64,000 nt of DNA, taken from Alkalispirochaeta sp. GTDB lineage: Bacteria > Spirochaetota > Spirochaetia > DSM-27196 > Alkalispirochaetaceae. Below are positions 1 through 9,656 of this stretch, in pieces. The stretch lies in the NCBI GenBank assembly GCA_965242725.1, contig CBDESZ010000015.1, positions 17,347-81,346 on the forward strand, read 5' to 3'. Under the pieces are notes generated by a model. That model saw only the letters and a program-made list of their open reading frames with translations. It made no database searches and was not told the origin of the DNA. The number at the start of each line of letters is the position of its first letter. The stretch's first letter is position 1. The translations under genes were made by a program, and so were the position numbers.

Positions 1-285
1 GGCGACAATCTTCTTGATACCCGCCTCAAGCGCTTCAAGGACAGCGTCCATGGTGAGGTGAGGGGGAACAAAAATGATAGACGAGTCCGCCTCTTCCGAC
101 GCCAATGCCTGTTGAACGGTGTGGAAGACGGGAATGTCATGGATGCGCCTGCCACCCTTTCCCGGGGTGACGCCGCATGTGACGGCGGTACCCATTTCCA
201 GGATGTGCTTTGTCCAGAAACTCCCCTCCGTTCCCGTGATACCCTGGACGAGCACCCGTGAGTGCCGATCTATAAAAATGCTCAT
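1..285 (-). CDS. sucD: Succinyl-CoA synthetase alpha-subunit family protein (CoA-binding), 5' part; runs off the window edge
   Basis: Manual translation MSIFIDRHSRVLVQGITGTEGSFWTKHILEMG…GVTPGKGG…IIFVPP…EALEAGIKKIV carries the QGITG/GVTPGKGG/FVPP motifs. The ATG overlaps the upstream beta-subunit TGA (ATGA). Confidence 0.9.
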   Translation of the reverse strand, partial: MSIFIDRHSRVLVQGITGTEGSFWTKHILEMGTAVTCGVTPGKGGRRIHDIPVFHTVQQALASEEADSSIIFVPPHLTMDAVLEALEAGIKKIVA

Positions 286-1406
286 CGGCGCCTCTCCTTC
301 CGGGATATCTCGACGGCACGGCGGACCGCTTCTTCCGTATCGAGGAGCGGTTGCAGTCCGGCCGCTTTGAGCGTCTGAAATGCCTCTTTCTCGTTTGTTC
401 CGCGGATACATGTGATGATCGGTACGTCCGGTCTGAGTCTGGTGATCGCCTCGACCACCCCCTGTGCCATTACGTCGGCTCGGGCTATTGTCCCGAACGT
501 CACGATGAGAATAACTTTGGGATTGGTCCGGAGGCAGAGCTCCATCGCTTGTACCGCTTTCCGATAGTTGGGACCGCCAAACTCCAGATAATTGGCGATG
601 GTGCCCCCTTCGTAGTGTACAAGATCAAACACAGTGGTAGTGAGGCCGGCTCCCGCACACATGAGACTGATATCACCATCAAACGGGAGATAAGGGATTC
701 CCTCTCGTGCCGCGTCGCGTTCTATCTCGGTCTGATACGGTTTTTCCTTGATCCACGTCTGGCGGTTGAGGGAGTTATTGTCGATCGCGATCTTTCCGTC
801 ACCGGCTATGAGCCGATCGTCGGATGTGACAAAGAGGGGGTTGATTTCCGCAATCTCGCAATCGAGTTCCTGAAAGATTGAGCCGAGGTTGACCAATACG
901 GCAACGACTTTTTGTGCCACCTCCGGTGAGAGGTCGAAGGAGTATGCAAACTGTCTCGCTTCAAACGGACGGATTCCCAGGGCGAGGTCAAAATGAGACC
1001 GGACAATTGATTGCGGCCTGGTTTTTGCCAGTGTCTCTATTTCCACACCGCCCTCGGTCGATCCGATAATAAGACCTGAGGCAGAAACAGGATCGACGGT
1101 AACGGAGAGGTAAAGTTCTTTACGAAAATCAATTGCCTCTTCGATCAGAACCCGTTCTATTTGATTCGCCGAATTATCGAGCAGAGCGTCCGTTTCCGCG
1201 ACCGCCTCTTCATGTGATGCAGCAAATCGAATCAGTCCTGCCTTTCCCCGTCCGCCCTGAAGTATTTGCGCTTTCACAACGCACGGCACGCCTGTGTGAT
1301 CCAACGCATCCGATACTTCACTTGGACTGGAGACGAGATAGCTCCGCGGAACCGGAATGCGGTGTACCGAGAAGATCTCTTTTGCCTGATACTCAAATAA
1401 ATTCAC
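282..1406 (-). CDS. sucC: Succinyl-CoA synthetase beta-subunit family (ATP-grasp), divergent; substrate possibly not succinate
   Basis: MNLFEYQAKE, VVKAQILQGGRGKAG, EINPL, GAGL and RGTN motifs; GTG start. Confidence 0.88.
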   Translation of the reverse strand: MNLFEYQAKEIFSVHRIPVPRSYLVSSPSEVSDALDHTGVPCVVKAQILQGGRGKAGLIRFAASHEEAVAETDALLDNSANQIERVLIEEAIDFRKELYLSVTVDPVSASGLIIGSTEGGVEIETLAKTRPQSIVRSHFDLALGIRPFEARQFAYSFDLSPEVAQKVVAVLVNLGSIFQELDCEIAEINPLFVTSDDRLIAGDGKIAIDNNSLNRQTWIKEKPYQTEIERDAAREGIPYLPFDGDISLMCAGAGLTTTVFDLVHYEGGTIANYLEFGGPNYRKAVQAMELCLRTNPKVILIVTFGTIARADVMAQGVVEAITRLRPDVPIITCIRGTNEKEAFQTLKAAGLQPLLDTEEAVRRAVEISRKERRR

Positions 1407-1454
1407 TCGTCAAATCCTTCGTTCCGTTACGAAATGGCGCTCTCTAAAGAATCC

Positions 1455-1496
1455 TTGACGTCCCGTGAGGGTAATGATAACATGTATATGTATACA
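1455..1496 (+). promoter_or_regulatory. Sigma70 promoter of the gntR gene with an overlapping candidate GntR operator
   Basis: TTGACG(1455)-17 nt-TAACAT(1478), extended -10 TG at 1475, palindrome TGTATACA at 1489-1496. Confidence 0.7.
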
Positions 1497-1516
1497 AAAT
1501 CAAGATAGGAATCAAG

Positions 1517-2233
1517 ATGAAAGAGGATTCATTTCACAAGGAGATCGGCGAGAAACGTCCGATTCAAGCCATCGAAAAACCGGAAAGTCTCCGGAAGGAA
1601 GTTTACGAGCGCATCAAGAACGCCATAGTTACCAATAAATTCAATCCGGGACAGCGCCTGGAAGAAAAATACCTGAGTGATTCACTGGAAGTGAGCCGAA
1701 CACCGATCCGTGAGGCTCTCACACGGCTGGAGCACGAAGGACTCGTCGGATCAATTGCCAATCGTGGTTCATTTGTCAAACGTTTTACCGTCAAAGATAT
1801 TCTCGAAATACTGGAACTAAGAGAGGTGAACGAGGGATTGGCAGCGCGGCTCTTTGCCGAACGTGCGGCCGAACAGGATGTGATGGAGTTGCGTGGAACT
1901 ATGACGCCTTTCAACGTTGATACCGTTGAAGACAATATCGACGAATACAATCAGGCGAACGTTGAATTTCACAACATTGTCATGCAGGGCGCTCGAAACG
2001 GACGATTGGTCGCCGCGCTGGAGAACCTCTATGACCACTACGCGGTAGCCACGACTCTGCGTATCATTCCTCTTACCAAGAGGGGCGCGCGATCCCTTCG
2101 GGAGCATCTGCGGATTATCGCGGCGATAGAGGAGAGGGATTCTCAGAAGGCGGAAGAGGAAATGCGCCTGCATATTCGGTCGATCATCGACGATTTCATA
2201 CGGAGCTCAGACGAAGTTTCAGATTTGATGTAG
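1517..2233 (+). CDS. GntR family transcriptional regulator (FadR subfamily, FCD domain)
   Basis: wHTH L.VSRTPIREAL..LE.EGLV; FCD motifs FHN and EH..I..AI…H. Confidence 0.93.
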   Translation: MKEDSFHKEIGEKRPIQAIEKPESLRKEVYERIKNAIVTNKFNPGQRLEEKYLSDSLEVSRTPIREALTRLEHEGLVGSIANRGSFVKRFTVKDILEILELREVNEGLAARLFAERAAEQDVMELRGTMTPFNVDTVEDNIDEYNQANVEFHNIVMQGARNGRLVAALENLYDHYAVATTLRIIPLTKRGARSLREHLRIIAAIEERDSQKAEEEMRLHIRSIIDDFIRSSDEVSDLM

Positions 2234-2535
2234 CGGTCGGCGGGAAAGCCGGTACGGCAACTTGGTCAGTTCGACCCGAAGGGAGGCACCCGTTCCACGA
2301 TGAGAACATTGTGGAGAGAGTCTATAAACGCCGGTAATACAGGGACGTCCGGGTTTCGGCGGTCATTAAATAAATCCGACTCCTTGTGTGGAGGTGATAA
2401 AGGGTTCAGGAGGCTCGCTATGCCATGAGAAACGAATAAAACGCCGTGCAGGCACAGTTTTGGGGTATCCGGTTGTGCCCGACCGCCGTCGACGGAAGGG
2501 TAGCATGTGACCACAAATAAAAAGAAGGAGAAAAG

Positions 2536-3537
2536 ATGATGAGTAGACTCACGAGAATTGCACTTGCGCTTGCCCTTATATTCGCAGTTGCAATATTTTC
2601 CGTTTCCGGAGCTGGTCAGGCGGAGCAAGAGCAGGCTATGTCTGCGGATTACCCAAATGACAATATTACCGTCTACGTTCCGTTCTCGGCAGGTGGCAGT
2701 ACCGATCTCATGGCGCGTATAATCGCAGAGCCGCTCGGAGAGATTCTGGGAGTACCGATGGTTGTTGAGAATAGACCTGGAGGCGGTGGAGCCATCGCTA
2801 TGAATGCACTGTCGATTGCCGACCCGGACGGGTATACGATCGCCCTTACCTCTCTTGGTCCGGCGATGCTGACGCCAAACCAGGGAGATGTCGGTTATAC
2901 TGATGAAGAGTTTGCGCCCATCAGTCAGACCTCTTTCCTTCCGTCGATGCTGTTTGTAAGTTCAGATTCACCATATGAAACGTTGGCGGAATTGGTTGCG
3001 GCGGCGAAAGGTATGCCCGGTGAAATGACCTATTCCTCTACCGGTGCCGGCGGAACGGGGCATGTCGCGTGTGAATTGTTTCAGGAAGAACTGGGTGAGA
3101 AAGGCCTGTTCAATATGGTTCCCTTCGATAGCGGGACAGAGGCTACCACGGCGGTGTTGGGCGGACATATCGAGTTCAGCCTTGGTGACGCCGGTGATAC
3201 CGCGGATCACGTTGCAGATGGAAACCTGAGAGTTCTCGCGATAGCATCGGAAGAACGGGATCCGATGTTTCCCGACGTACCTACGTTCCGGGAACTGGGA
3301 TATGACGTCGTTATCGGACCGTGGTGGGGATTTGCCGCACCAGCCGGAACACCAAAAGAGATTATTGATATACTGGATGACGGAATTAAACAGGCGCTGG
3401 AAAATCAAAATGTTGTACGGCAAATGATGAACATCAATAGTCCGGTGGTATACACGGAAACCACGAAATTCACCGAGAATTGGCATCGGGATTTCGATAT
3501 GTATCGGACGATGATTCAGGCGATACAGGGAAATTAA
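2536..3537 (+). CDS. tctC: Tripartite tricarboxylate transporter substrate-binding protein (TctC/Bug)
   Basis: Signal peptide; YP…VPFSAGGSTD…VENRPGGGG…PDGYT…PDVPTF.E.G motifs. Confidence 0.93.
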   Translation: MMSRLTRIALALALIFAVAIFSVSGAGQAEQEQAMSADYPNDNITVYVPFSAGGSTDLMARIIAEPLGEILGVPMVVENRPGGGGAIAMNALSIADPDGYTIALTSLGPAMLTPNQGDVGYTDEEFAPISQTSFLPSMLFVSSDSPYETLAELVAAAKGMPGEMTYSSTGAGGTGHVACELFQEELGEKGLFNMVPFDSGTEATTAVLGGHIEFSLGDAGDTADHVADGNLRVLAIASEERDPMFPDVPTFRELGYDVVIGPWWGFAAPAGTPKEIIDILDDGIKQALENQNVVRQMMNINSPVVYTETTKFTENWHRDFDMYRTMIQAIQGN

Positions 3538-3548
3538 ATACTAACACT

Positions 3549-3591
3549 GTACCGTGCCAAGGTAGTTGGTGCCTGGTCAATGGCACGGTAC
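3549..3591 (+). terminator. Stem-loop after tctC (terminator or mRNA-stabilising hairpin)
   Basis: Perfect 11-bp inverted repeat GTACCGTGCCA / TGGCACGGTAC; no U-tract. Confidence 0.5.
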
Positions 3592-3618
3592 GACTGTCCG
3601 TCGGGACAACCAAAAAGT

Positions 3619-3654
3619 TTGACAGCGGTATTTGCGCATGGTAACATGTATACA
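3619..3654 (+). promoter_or_regulatory. Sigma70 promoter of tctBA with a candidate GntR operator
   Basis: TTGACA(3619)-17 nt-TAACAT(3642), extended -10 TG at 3639, TGTATACA at 3647-3654. Confidence 0.72.
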
Positions 3655-3768
3655 AATACAAACATACATCGAATCACTGGTGGCATATAGGTTGCGGCGG
3701 TTCAAAGAGTCCTGGTTGCACGTCATAACGAGGAGGTGAGAATCGAGTTAATTGCTTGATGCTAAATT

Positions 3769-4221
3769 ATGAAAAAAATATCTATGGATCTAATAGTTTC
3801 ATCGCTGTTTTTCATATCTGGATTGGGAATGCTTGCCGTTTCGTCCCAGTTACCATTCCGTACAAACGTTACGAACTTTGCCGGTCCGGGAACATTTCCC
3901 GTCGGGCTGACGATTATCATAGTATTTTTTTCTGGAATTTTAATCGTAAAAGAAGTTATCAGGATTTCAAAGGGAACTGCAAACGCTTTAAAAATAACAA
4001 AAAATGATCTAATTAGAGTTGTTTCAATTATTGTAAGTTCAATCATATACATTGAACTTCTTCCCGTGGTCGGTTATTTGGCGGCCACTATCGGATTTAC
4101 CGCTCTGGCTTTATGGATATTTGGATTCCGTAAAAAATTGCCTTTCGCAGTTATTACGATTGTATTTCCCCTCGCTATTCTCGTCATTTTCAAGGAATTT
4201 CTCAATATTCCACTACCATGA
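3769..4221 (+). CDS. tctB: Tripartite tricarboxylate transporter small permease TctB
   Basis: Four TM segments, GP..FP motif and C-terminal F…L.IPLP; lies between tctC and tctA. Confidence 0.88.
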   Translation: MKKISMDLIVSSLFFISGLGMLAVSSQLPFRTNVTNFAGPGTFPVGLTIIIVFFSGILIVKEVIRISKGTANALKITKNDLIRVVSIIVSSIIYIELLPVVGYLAATIGFTALALWIFGFRKKLPFAVITIVFPLAILVIFKEFLNIPLP

Positions 4222-4240
4222 TACATAGGAGCGGAGCAAA

Positions 4241-5716
4241 ATGGGTTTTGCACTGAATTTTGTTGTTAATGCGCTGTTTTGTTTTTTAGGCACCAGTATT
4301 GGAATTGTCTTTGGTGCCATTCCCGGTCTGACCGCGACAATGGCTATCGCTCTGTTTTTACCTTTTACCTTCGGCATGGACCCGGTGTTGGCCTTTGCCC
4401 TTTTGTTGGGCCTCTATGTCGGGGGCGTTTACGGCGGATCGATAACTGCCATCCTGATCAATACTCCCGGTACACCGGGAGCGGCTGCCACCGCGGTGGA
4501 AGGGTATCCCCTGGCGAGACAGGGAAAAGCTTTGGACGCGCTGTCACTGGCAACGGTGTCGTCATTTATCGGAGGAATGCTCAGTTGTGGAGTGTTGATC
4601 GTAATGGCCCCCCAGCTGGCCCGGGTGGCTCTACGGTTTGGACCGCCGGAGTACTTCGCCATATCCCTCTTCGGGTTGAGCATGGTGTCCAGCATCGCAT
4701 CGAAGAATATCGTGAAAGGAATAATAGCAGCCGCTTTCGGTCTGTTGGCGGCGACGATAGGTATCGATCCGATAGTCGGAACGATGAGATTGACTTTCGG
4801 CAATCTGAATCTAGTTGCCGGGATTGGTCTGATCGCCTCGTTAATCGGTCTATTCGCAATTTCCGAAGTCCTCTCGAAACTGGAAACGATAAAACGAACC
4901 AAGGGGATAGAAGACAAAGACATCGAAAAAATAACCGGGAACTTTGTAAGTCTGAAAGTATTACGGGCAAATATTGTGAACTTTCTCAGATCCGCTGCAA
5001 TTGGTATCGGAATCGGTTTAATACCAGCGGTAGGGGTGAGTATGTCGAATTGGATCGCCTACAATGAAGCCAAACGGGCAACCAAGACACCGGAACTCTA
5101 TGGAGAGGGTTGTTTTGAGGGAGTTGCCGCTTCAGAGACGTCCAACAACGCCGTTACCGGTGGTGCCCTCGTTCCAATGCTCACATTGGGAATCCCCGGA
5201 GACGCAATGACAGCTGTCCTGCTGGGTGCGTTGTTGATTCAGGGGCTGGCACCGGGACCAAAACTCTTCATAGATACCCCGGAGGTTGTGACCGGTATAT
5301 ACGGAATGCTGGCACTGGCAAACGTATTCATGCTGATCATCGGGCTCGGGATGATTAACATTTTTGTAAAAATTATTAAAGTGCCGACAAACGTCCTGAT
5401 GCCGCTTGTTCTGGTCATGTGCTATATCGGATCATATGCCATCCATAACAACTTCTTCGACGTATACGTCACGTTGTTTTTCGGTATTGTTGCATTCCTG
5501 TCCCTGAAGGCAAAGTATCCGCTTCCGCCGATGCTCTTAGGTATAATTCTGGGACCAATAATTGAGTCCAATTTCAGACGGGCCATAACCATGTCCCGCG
5601 GCAGTTTGGGAATATTTTTTGAGCGCCCGTTGTCGGCGACATTTATCGTAATCGCCATTGTCGCAATGATCTATCCCGTGTTGAGGGAGTATATCAAGCC
5701 CAGGGTAAAGACGTGA
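4241..5716 (+). CDS. tctA: Tripartite tricarboxylate transporter large permease TctA
   Basis: G.IPGL, YGGSI.AIL.NTPGTP, ETSNNA and LTLGIPG motifs. Confidence 0.95.
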   Translation: MGFALNFVVNALFCFLGTSIGIVFGAIPGLTATMAIALFLPFTFGMDPVLAFALLLGLYVGGVYGGSITAILINTPGTPGAAATAVEGYPLARQGKALDALSLATVSSFIGGMLSCGVLIVMAPQLARVALRFGPPEYFAISLFGLSMVSSIASKNIVKGIIAAAFGLLAATIGIDPIVGTMRLTFGNLNLVAGIGLIASLIGLFAISEVLSKLETIKRTKGIEDKDIEKITGNFVSLKVLRANIVNFLRSAAIGIGIGLIPAVGVSMSNWIAYNEAKRATKTPELYGEGCFEGVAASETSNNAVTGGALVPMLTLGIPGDAMTAVLLGALLIQGLAPGPKLFIDTPEVVTGIYGMLALANVFMLIIGLGMINIFVKIIKVPTNVLMPLVLVMCYIGSYAIHNNFFDVYVTLFFGIVAFLSLKAKYPLPPMLLGIILGPIIESNFRRAITMSRGSLGIFFERPLSATFIVIAIVAMIYPVLREYIKPRVKT

Positions 5717-5740
5717 GGTAGCTGTATCAAAAGTTTGTGA

Positions 5741-6532
5741 ATGGCGCGTATGAACTCCTACGTAAAGATGGAGATTTCCGATAAGATCGTACTTCTGACC
5801 ATTAACCGGCCGGGAGCGTACAATGCTATTAATCTACCTACGGCGCAGGAGCTTGCGGAACATCTCGTGACCTTGGGTTCCAATCGGCAGGTACAGGGGA
5901 TCATTATCACCGGCGCGGGTACAGCTTTTTCAGCGGGCGGTGATATCCGGCAGATGATGAACGACCCCGATGGCCCGGCGGCGACCTTTTCCCGACTCGC
6001 GGCCGTGGTAAACACCTGCATCACTGAGATTCGGCGGATGCGGAAACCGGTGGTTGCCGCAGTAAACGGGATCGCCGCCGGCGGCGGTTTTTCTCTCGCC
6101 CTGGCCTGTGATTTTCGAGTGATCGCCGGGACGGCGCGACTGAAACAGGGTTTCACGACTAATGGTCTATGCATCGACGGCGGCGGCACCTTTTTGCTCC
6201 CCCGGCTGGTAGGGTTGGCGCGGGCCCTCGAAATTGCGGCCCTGGATGAACCGATCACCGCAGAAGAGGCGCTGACACTGGGATTGGTCAATCGGGTGGT
6301 GGAACCCGACGAGGTCGTGGCCGCCTCCCGACGGCTGGTGGATCACATACGTCAAAAATCGCTGCATACCTTCGGCTGGTCCAAACTACTTTTGACCAAC
6401 GCCTTCGAGACGCCGCTGGAAGCACAACTGGAAATGGAACGACAGGGACTGTTCAGCTGCGCCGCCCACGCCGACGGCCAGGAGGGAATGAAAGCCTTTC
6501 TGGAAAAACGAGCACCCCGTTTCAATCAGTAA
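5741..6532 (+). CDS. Enoyl-CoA hydratase/isomerase (crotonase) family, PaaG-like
   Basis: FSAGGD, KPVVAAVNG.AAGGG..LALACD, GL..DGG and EG..AFLEKR.P.F. Confidence 0.9.
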   Translation: MARMNSYVKMEISDKIVLLTINRPGAYNAINLPTAQELAEHLVTLGSNRQVQGIIITGAGTAFSAGGDIRQMMNDPDGPAATFSRLAAVVNTCITEIRRMRKPVVAAVNGIAAGGGFSLALACDFRVIAGTARLKQGFTTNGLCIDGGGTFLLPRLVGLARALEIAALDEPITAEEALTLGLVNRVVEPDEVVAASRRLVDHIRQKSLHTFGWSKLLLTNAFETPLEAQLEMERQGLFSCAAHADGQEGMKAFLEKRAPRFNQ

Positions 6533-6536
6533 CCGA

Positions 6537-7376
6537 TCAGTCAACTGGCGAAGAAATAATGCGGCTCCTCTTCATCTCCATGATTTCGTTGGTCAGGCAA
6601 AAACCTTTCAGGAACGCGTCAAAGGACTTGCCGAATCTCTCGTCTACATGAAGAACCTGGTCGGGACAGATATATACACAATGGAGACATTCGATGCACT
6701 TCGTGGGGTCCGCCTTTCCCGTTATTGCATCAAATGCATGTGTCGCACACTCCTTTTCACACCGTCGACACATTCGGCACGTTTCAACCGTTCGCTCCGG
6801 GATCGCTCTCAACGTTCTTTCTTTGGATTCGGGACCTCCAAACAGGCAAATGGTCTCGTTGTAACCTGATGGCTTCTGCAATGGTAAAATATCCGGAGAC
6901 GGAGACCGGAATATTCGACATGCCCGGACCGCATATTCCGACGCGATCGCGAAATCCGACGCATCAGGTCGATTGGGCAGGATCGTCCACCCTGTAAGAT
7001 TGAAGGTATGCCGACCGGGAAACTCTGCGGACAGACATACCCTGAAACCGGCGGCCTCCAGTAGTCGTTTTGTATGGAAATGGGCGAAACCGGCACTTCG
7101 TGCTCCGTAAGTGAAAAACATGGTCGCCGGTTTTCCATGGCCTTTCAGTGTTTGAATCCAGTCGTTTACTACCGACGGTGCAAAATCCATGTACACCGGA
7201 AATCCGAATACCGCGCCGTCAAATCGATGAAATCCGAGCCGATTCTGTCGTGATGAAAATGAGGTTACATCAAAGACTTCAACGGTACATCCGCGTTCTA
7301 TGAGTCCGGAAGAGACAACCTTGGTTATAGACGCGGTAACACCGGTTCCCGAGAAAAACACAAGGGCAATACGCAT
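6537..7376 (-). CDS. EFR1-family flavodoxin/ferredoxin fusion protein
   Basis: N-terminal FSGTG.T and GFPVY flavodoxin motifs; C-terminal CxxCxxCxxxC twice. Confidence 0.88.
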   Translation of the reverse strand: MRIALVFFSGTGVTASITKVVSSGLIERGCTVEVFDVTSFSSRQNRLGFHRFDGAVFGFPVYMDFAPSVVNDWIQTLKGHGKPATMFFTYGARSAGFAHFHTKRLLEAAGFRVCLSAEFPGRHTFNLTGWTILPNRPDASDFAIASEYAVRACRIFRSPSPDILPLQKPSGYNETICLFGGPESKERTLRAIPERTVETCRMCRRCEKECATHAFDAITGKADPTKCIECLHCVYICPDQVLHVDERFGKSFDAFLKGFCLTNEIMEMKRSRIISSPVD

Positions 7377-7500
7377 GAACTTCCTTGGTCAAACCGAATC
7401 TGAAACTCATCATATCGGAAACGTCAGAGAAGTGCACGTATGACTCTTCGCCACATACTTATTGCAGCGGATGACATAAAACAAAGGGGACCTACGGCTA

Positions 7501-8586
7501 TTACTTTCTGCGGGCTCCCAGTTTCGAGGGAATAATCCACGCCGGCAGGGCTATCCTGAACTTCTGTCCTCCCCTGAGGGAGACGATGACGCTCTGCAGG
7601 ACGATGAAGAGATAGAGCAGCAGTCCGGCGATGATCGCCTGGAGGTTTGAGTCGACGCCGGCGGCTCGGATCAGTTCGTTGATTGTTAGCAGCGTCAGGG
7701 CTCCGACCGGCGATCCCAGGAGGTTGCCGACGCCGCCGTTGAGCATCGTACCGCCGATGATCGCGGCGGCGATAGCCTTCATTTCCATTCCGGCGCCGTT
7801 CCCCACATTCCCCGCACCGGTGGTCATGATAAATACGAAGCCGGCAGTACCTGCAAGGAGACCGCTCAGCACGTAGGAGAAGAACTTCGTTCTCTTCACG
7901 TTGATGCCGAGCATGAGAGAGCTCTGGCTGTTTCCCCCGACGGCGTAGAGGTTGCGGCCAAACCTGGACCAGTGCATGACACTTGCCAGGACCACCACCA
8001 GAACAATTACGACGATCGCGCCGGGTTTGATTTCCAGGGGGATGAAGTTGCCGAGACGGTTCGTCCTGCCCAGCCATGGAAGGACAAATTCAAAATCGCG
8101 GAGGGCAACAAATTCGGGGGCAGTTACATTGAGGGGGTCCTTGTGAATGGTCGTCAGGAGGCCCGCCCCGAGAAACAGGCCGGCGAGGGTGATTATAAAC
8201 GGCTGAATTTCGAGGTAGGCGATCAGGAAGCCCTGAAGCAGACCGAACGCGAGGCCGATCGCCAGGGCGAGGACGATTGCACCGCCGACGCTGCCTCCGC
8301 GCAGTTCCAGCAACACCGCGCAGGACATGGTAACAAGGCCCATGACGGAACCGACGGAAATATCGATGCCGCCACCGATCATCACGATGCTTATCCCCAG
8401 GGTGATGATGATGAAGGGAGCGTTCAGACTGAAAAGGTCAAAAAAAGTCTGGAATTGCAGAAAACTGACGGGGTAGCTGAGTACGGCAAATCCGTACATC
8501 AGCACGAAAATTCCCCCGGCGATGTAGAAGAGCAGGTTGGAGTTGGTTATCGTTTCTCTGGGTTTGACGGCGTCCGCTGATTTCAC
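7501..8586 (-). CDS. Sugar ABC transporter permease (YjfF-like)
   Basis: GGIDISVGS, IQPFIITLAG and GR..YAVGGN motifs; GTG start at 8586. Confidence 0.92.
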   Translation of the reverse strand: MKSADAVKPRETITNSNLLFYIAGGIFVLMYGFAVLSYPVSFLQFQTFFDLFSLNAPFIIITLGISIVMIGGGIDISVGSVMGLVTMSCAVLLELRGGSVGGAIVLALAIGLAFGLLQGFLIAYLEIQPFIITLAGLFLGAGLLTTIHKDPLNVTAPEFVALRDFEFVLPWLGRTNRLGNFIPLEIKPGAIVVIVLVVVLASVMHWSRFGRNLYAVGGNSQSSLMLGINVKRTKFFSYVLSGLLAGTAGFVFIMTTGAGNVGNGAGMEMKAIAAAIIGGTMLNGGVGNLLGSPVGALTLLTINELIRAAGVDSNLQAIIAGLLLYLFIVLQSVIVSLRGGQKFRIALPAWIIPSKLGARRK

Positions 8587-8587
8587 C

Positions 8588-9655
8588 TTACACCTCCTGC
8601 CCGGGAGCGGGAGCCGGACCGACCCCGCGACGCCTGCTTCCAACCCGACCGGCGAATTTCCTGGCAGCCTCCCGCACAACCGGCGATGAAACCACCATGA
8701 GCAGGATTATGAATACCGCCTTGAACGCCTTGATCGCCTCGGTGTTCACTTCAAGTCTGAGGAGCGTTCTGTTGAGTACTTCAATCGTATACGCACCGAT
8801 GATCGAGCCGGTTATGCTGAATTTGCCGCCGCTGAGGACGTTTCCTCCGATGGCGACGGCAAGAATTGCGTCGAGTTCTATGAATTTGAGGAGGTTGACG
8901 CTGTCGTGACGCCCCGCCTTGGTCACGGCAATAAATCCGGCGACGGCCGTACAGATACCCATGATCATGTAGGTCAGAAACTTTACCTTCATCGGGTCTA
9001 TGCCGTTCAGGCGCGAGGCGGTCTCGTTGATACCCACCGATTCAGCATAGAGCTTGAGATTGGTGAATTTGAGCGTGAGCACCACAATCACTATGAACAG
9101 CGCGGTCAGAATGATCGGAGTCTGAAGGGGAACGCCGGGGATGACGCCGCCGATTTGACTTGTCAGTTCCGTGGCGATTACCGGGGAGAGTTTTCCATCG
9201 ATGAGAAAGGCAATGGACCTGCCCCCGGTGAAGAGAATGAGCGTTGCGACCATCGGTTGGACCTTGAAAACCGCAACCAGGGATCCATTGAACGCCCCGA
9301 TAAGCAGCCCGGTACCGCAGCTCGCAAGCAGCGCCGCCAGTATCGTCGTGAGGGTGACGTGATCGGCGGCGATGATGACCTGGCCGAAGACTGCCGAGGC
9401 GATCGTGGCGGCAACGCCGACGCTGATATCCTGTCCCCCCGATGACGCCGTGACGAGGGTCATGCCGATTGAAATGATGACCAGCTCGGACGCGCCGAAG
9501 AGAATGTTGGGAATGTTCCCGTAGAGCGCCCCATTGATCATTGAAATACTGAAGTAGTCGGCGCCCTTGATCAGGTTGATGATAACCAGCAGCCCCAGTA
9601 CGGAGAGGGGCAGCACAAGATGGGCTGCCGTTGATTTGACTTTGATGCGTGCCAT
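8588..9655 (-). CDS. Sugar ABC transporter permease (YtfT-like)
   Basis: GMTLV…GG.DISVG, QPMVATL and ELDAILAVAIGG motifs. Confidence 0.92.
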   Translation of the reverse strand: MARIKVKSTAAHLVLPLSVLGLLVIINLIKGADYFSISMINGALYGNIPNILFGASELVIISIGMTLVTASSGGQDISVGVAATIASAVFGQVIIAADHVTLTTILAALLASCGTGLLIGAFNGSLVAVFKVQPMVATLILFTGGRSIAFLIDGKLSPVIATELTSQIGGVIPGVPLQTPIILTALFIVIVVLTLKFTNLKLYAESVGINETASRLNGIDPMKVKFLTYMIMGICTAVAGFIAVTKAGRHDSVNLLKFIELDAILAVAIGGNVLSGGKFSITGSIIGAYTIEVLNRTLLRLEVNTEAIKAFKAVFIILLMVVSSPVVREAARKFAGRVGSRRRGVGPAPAPGQEV

Positions 9656-9656
9656 C

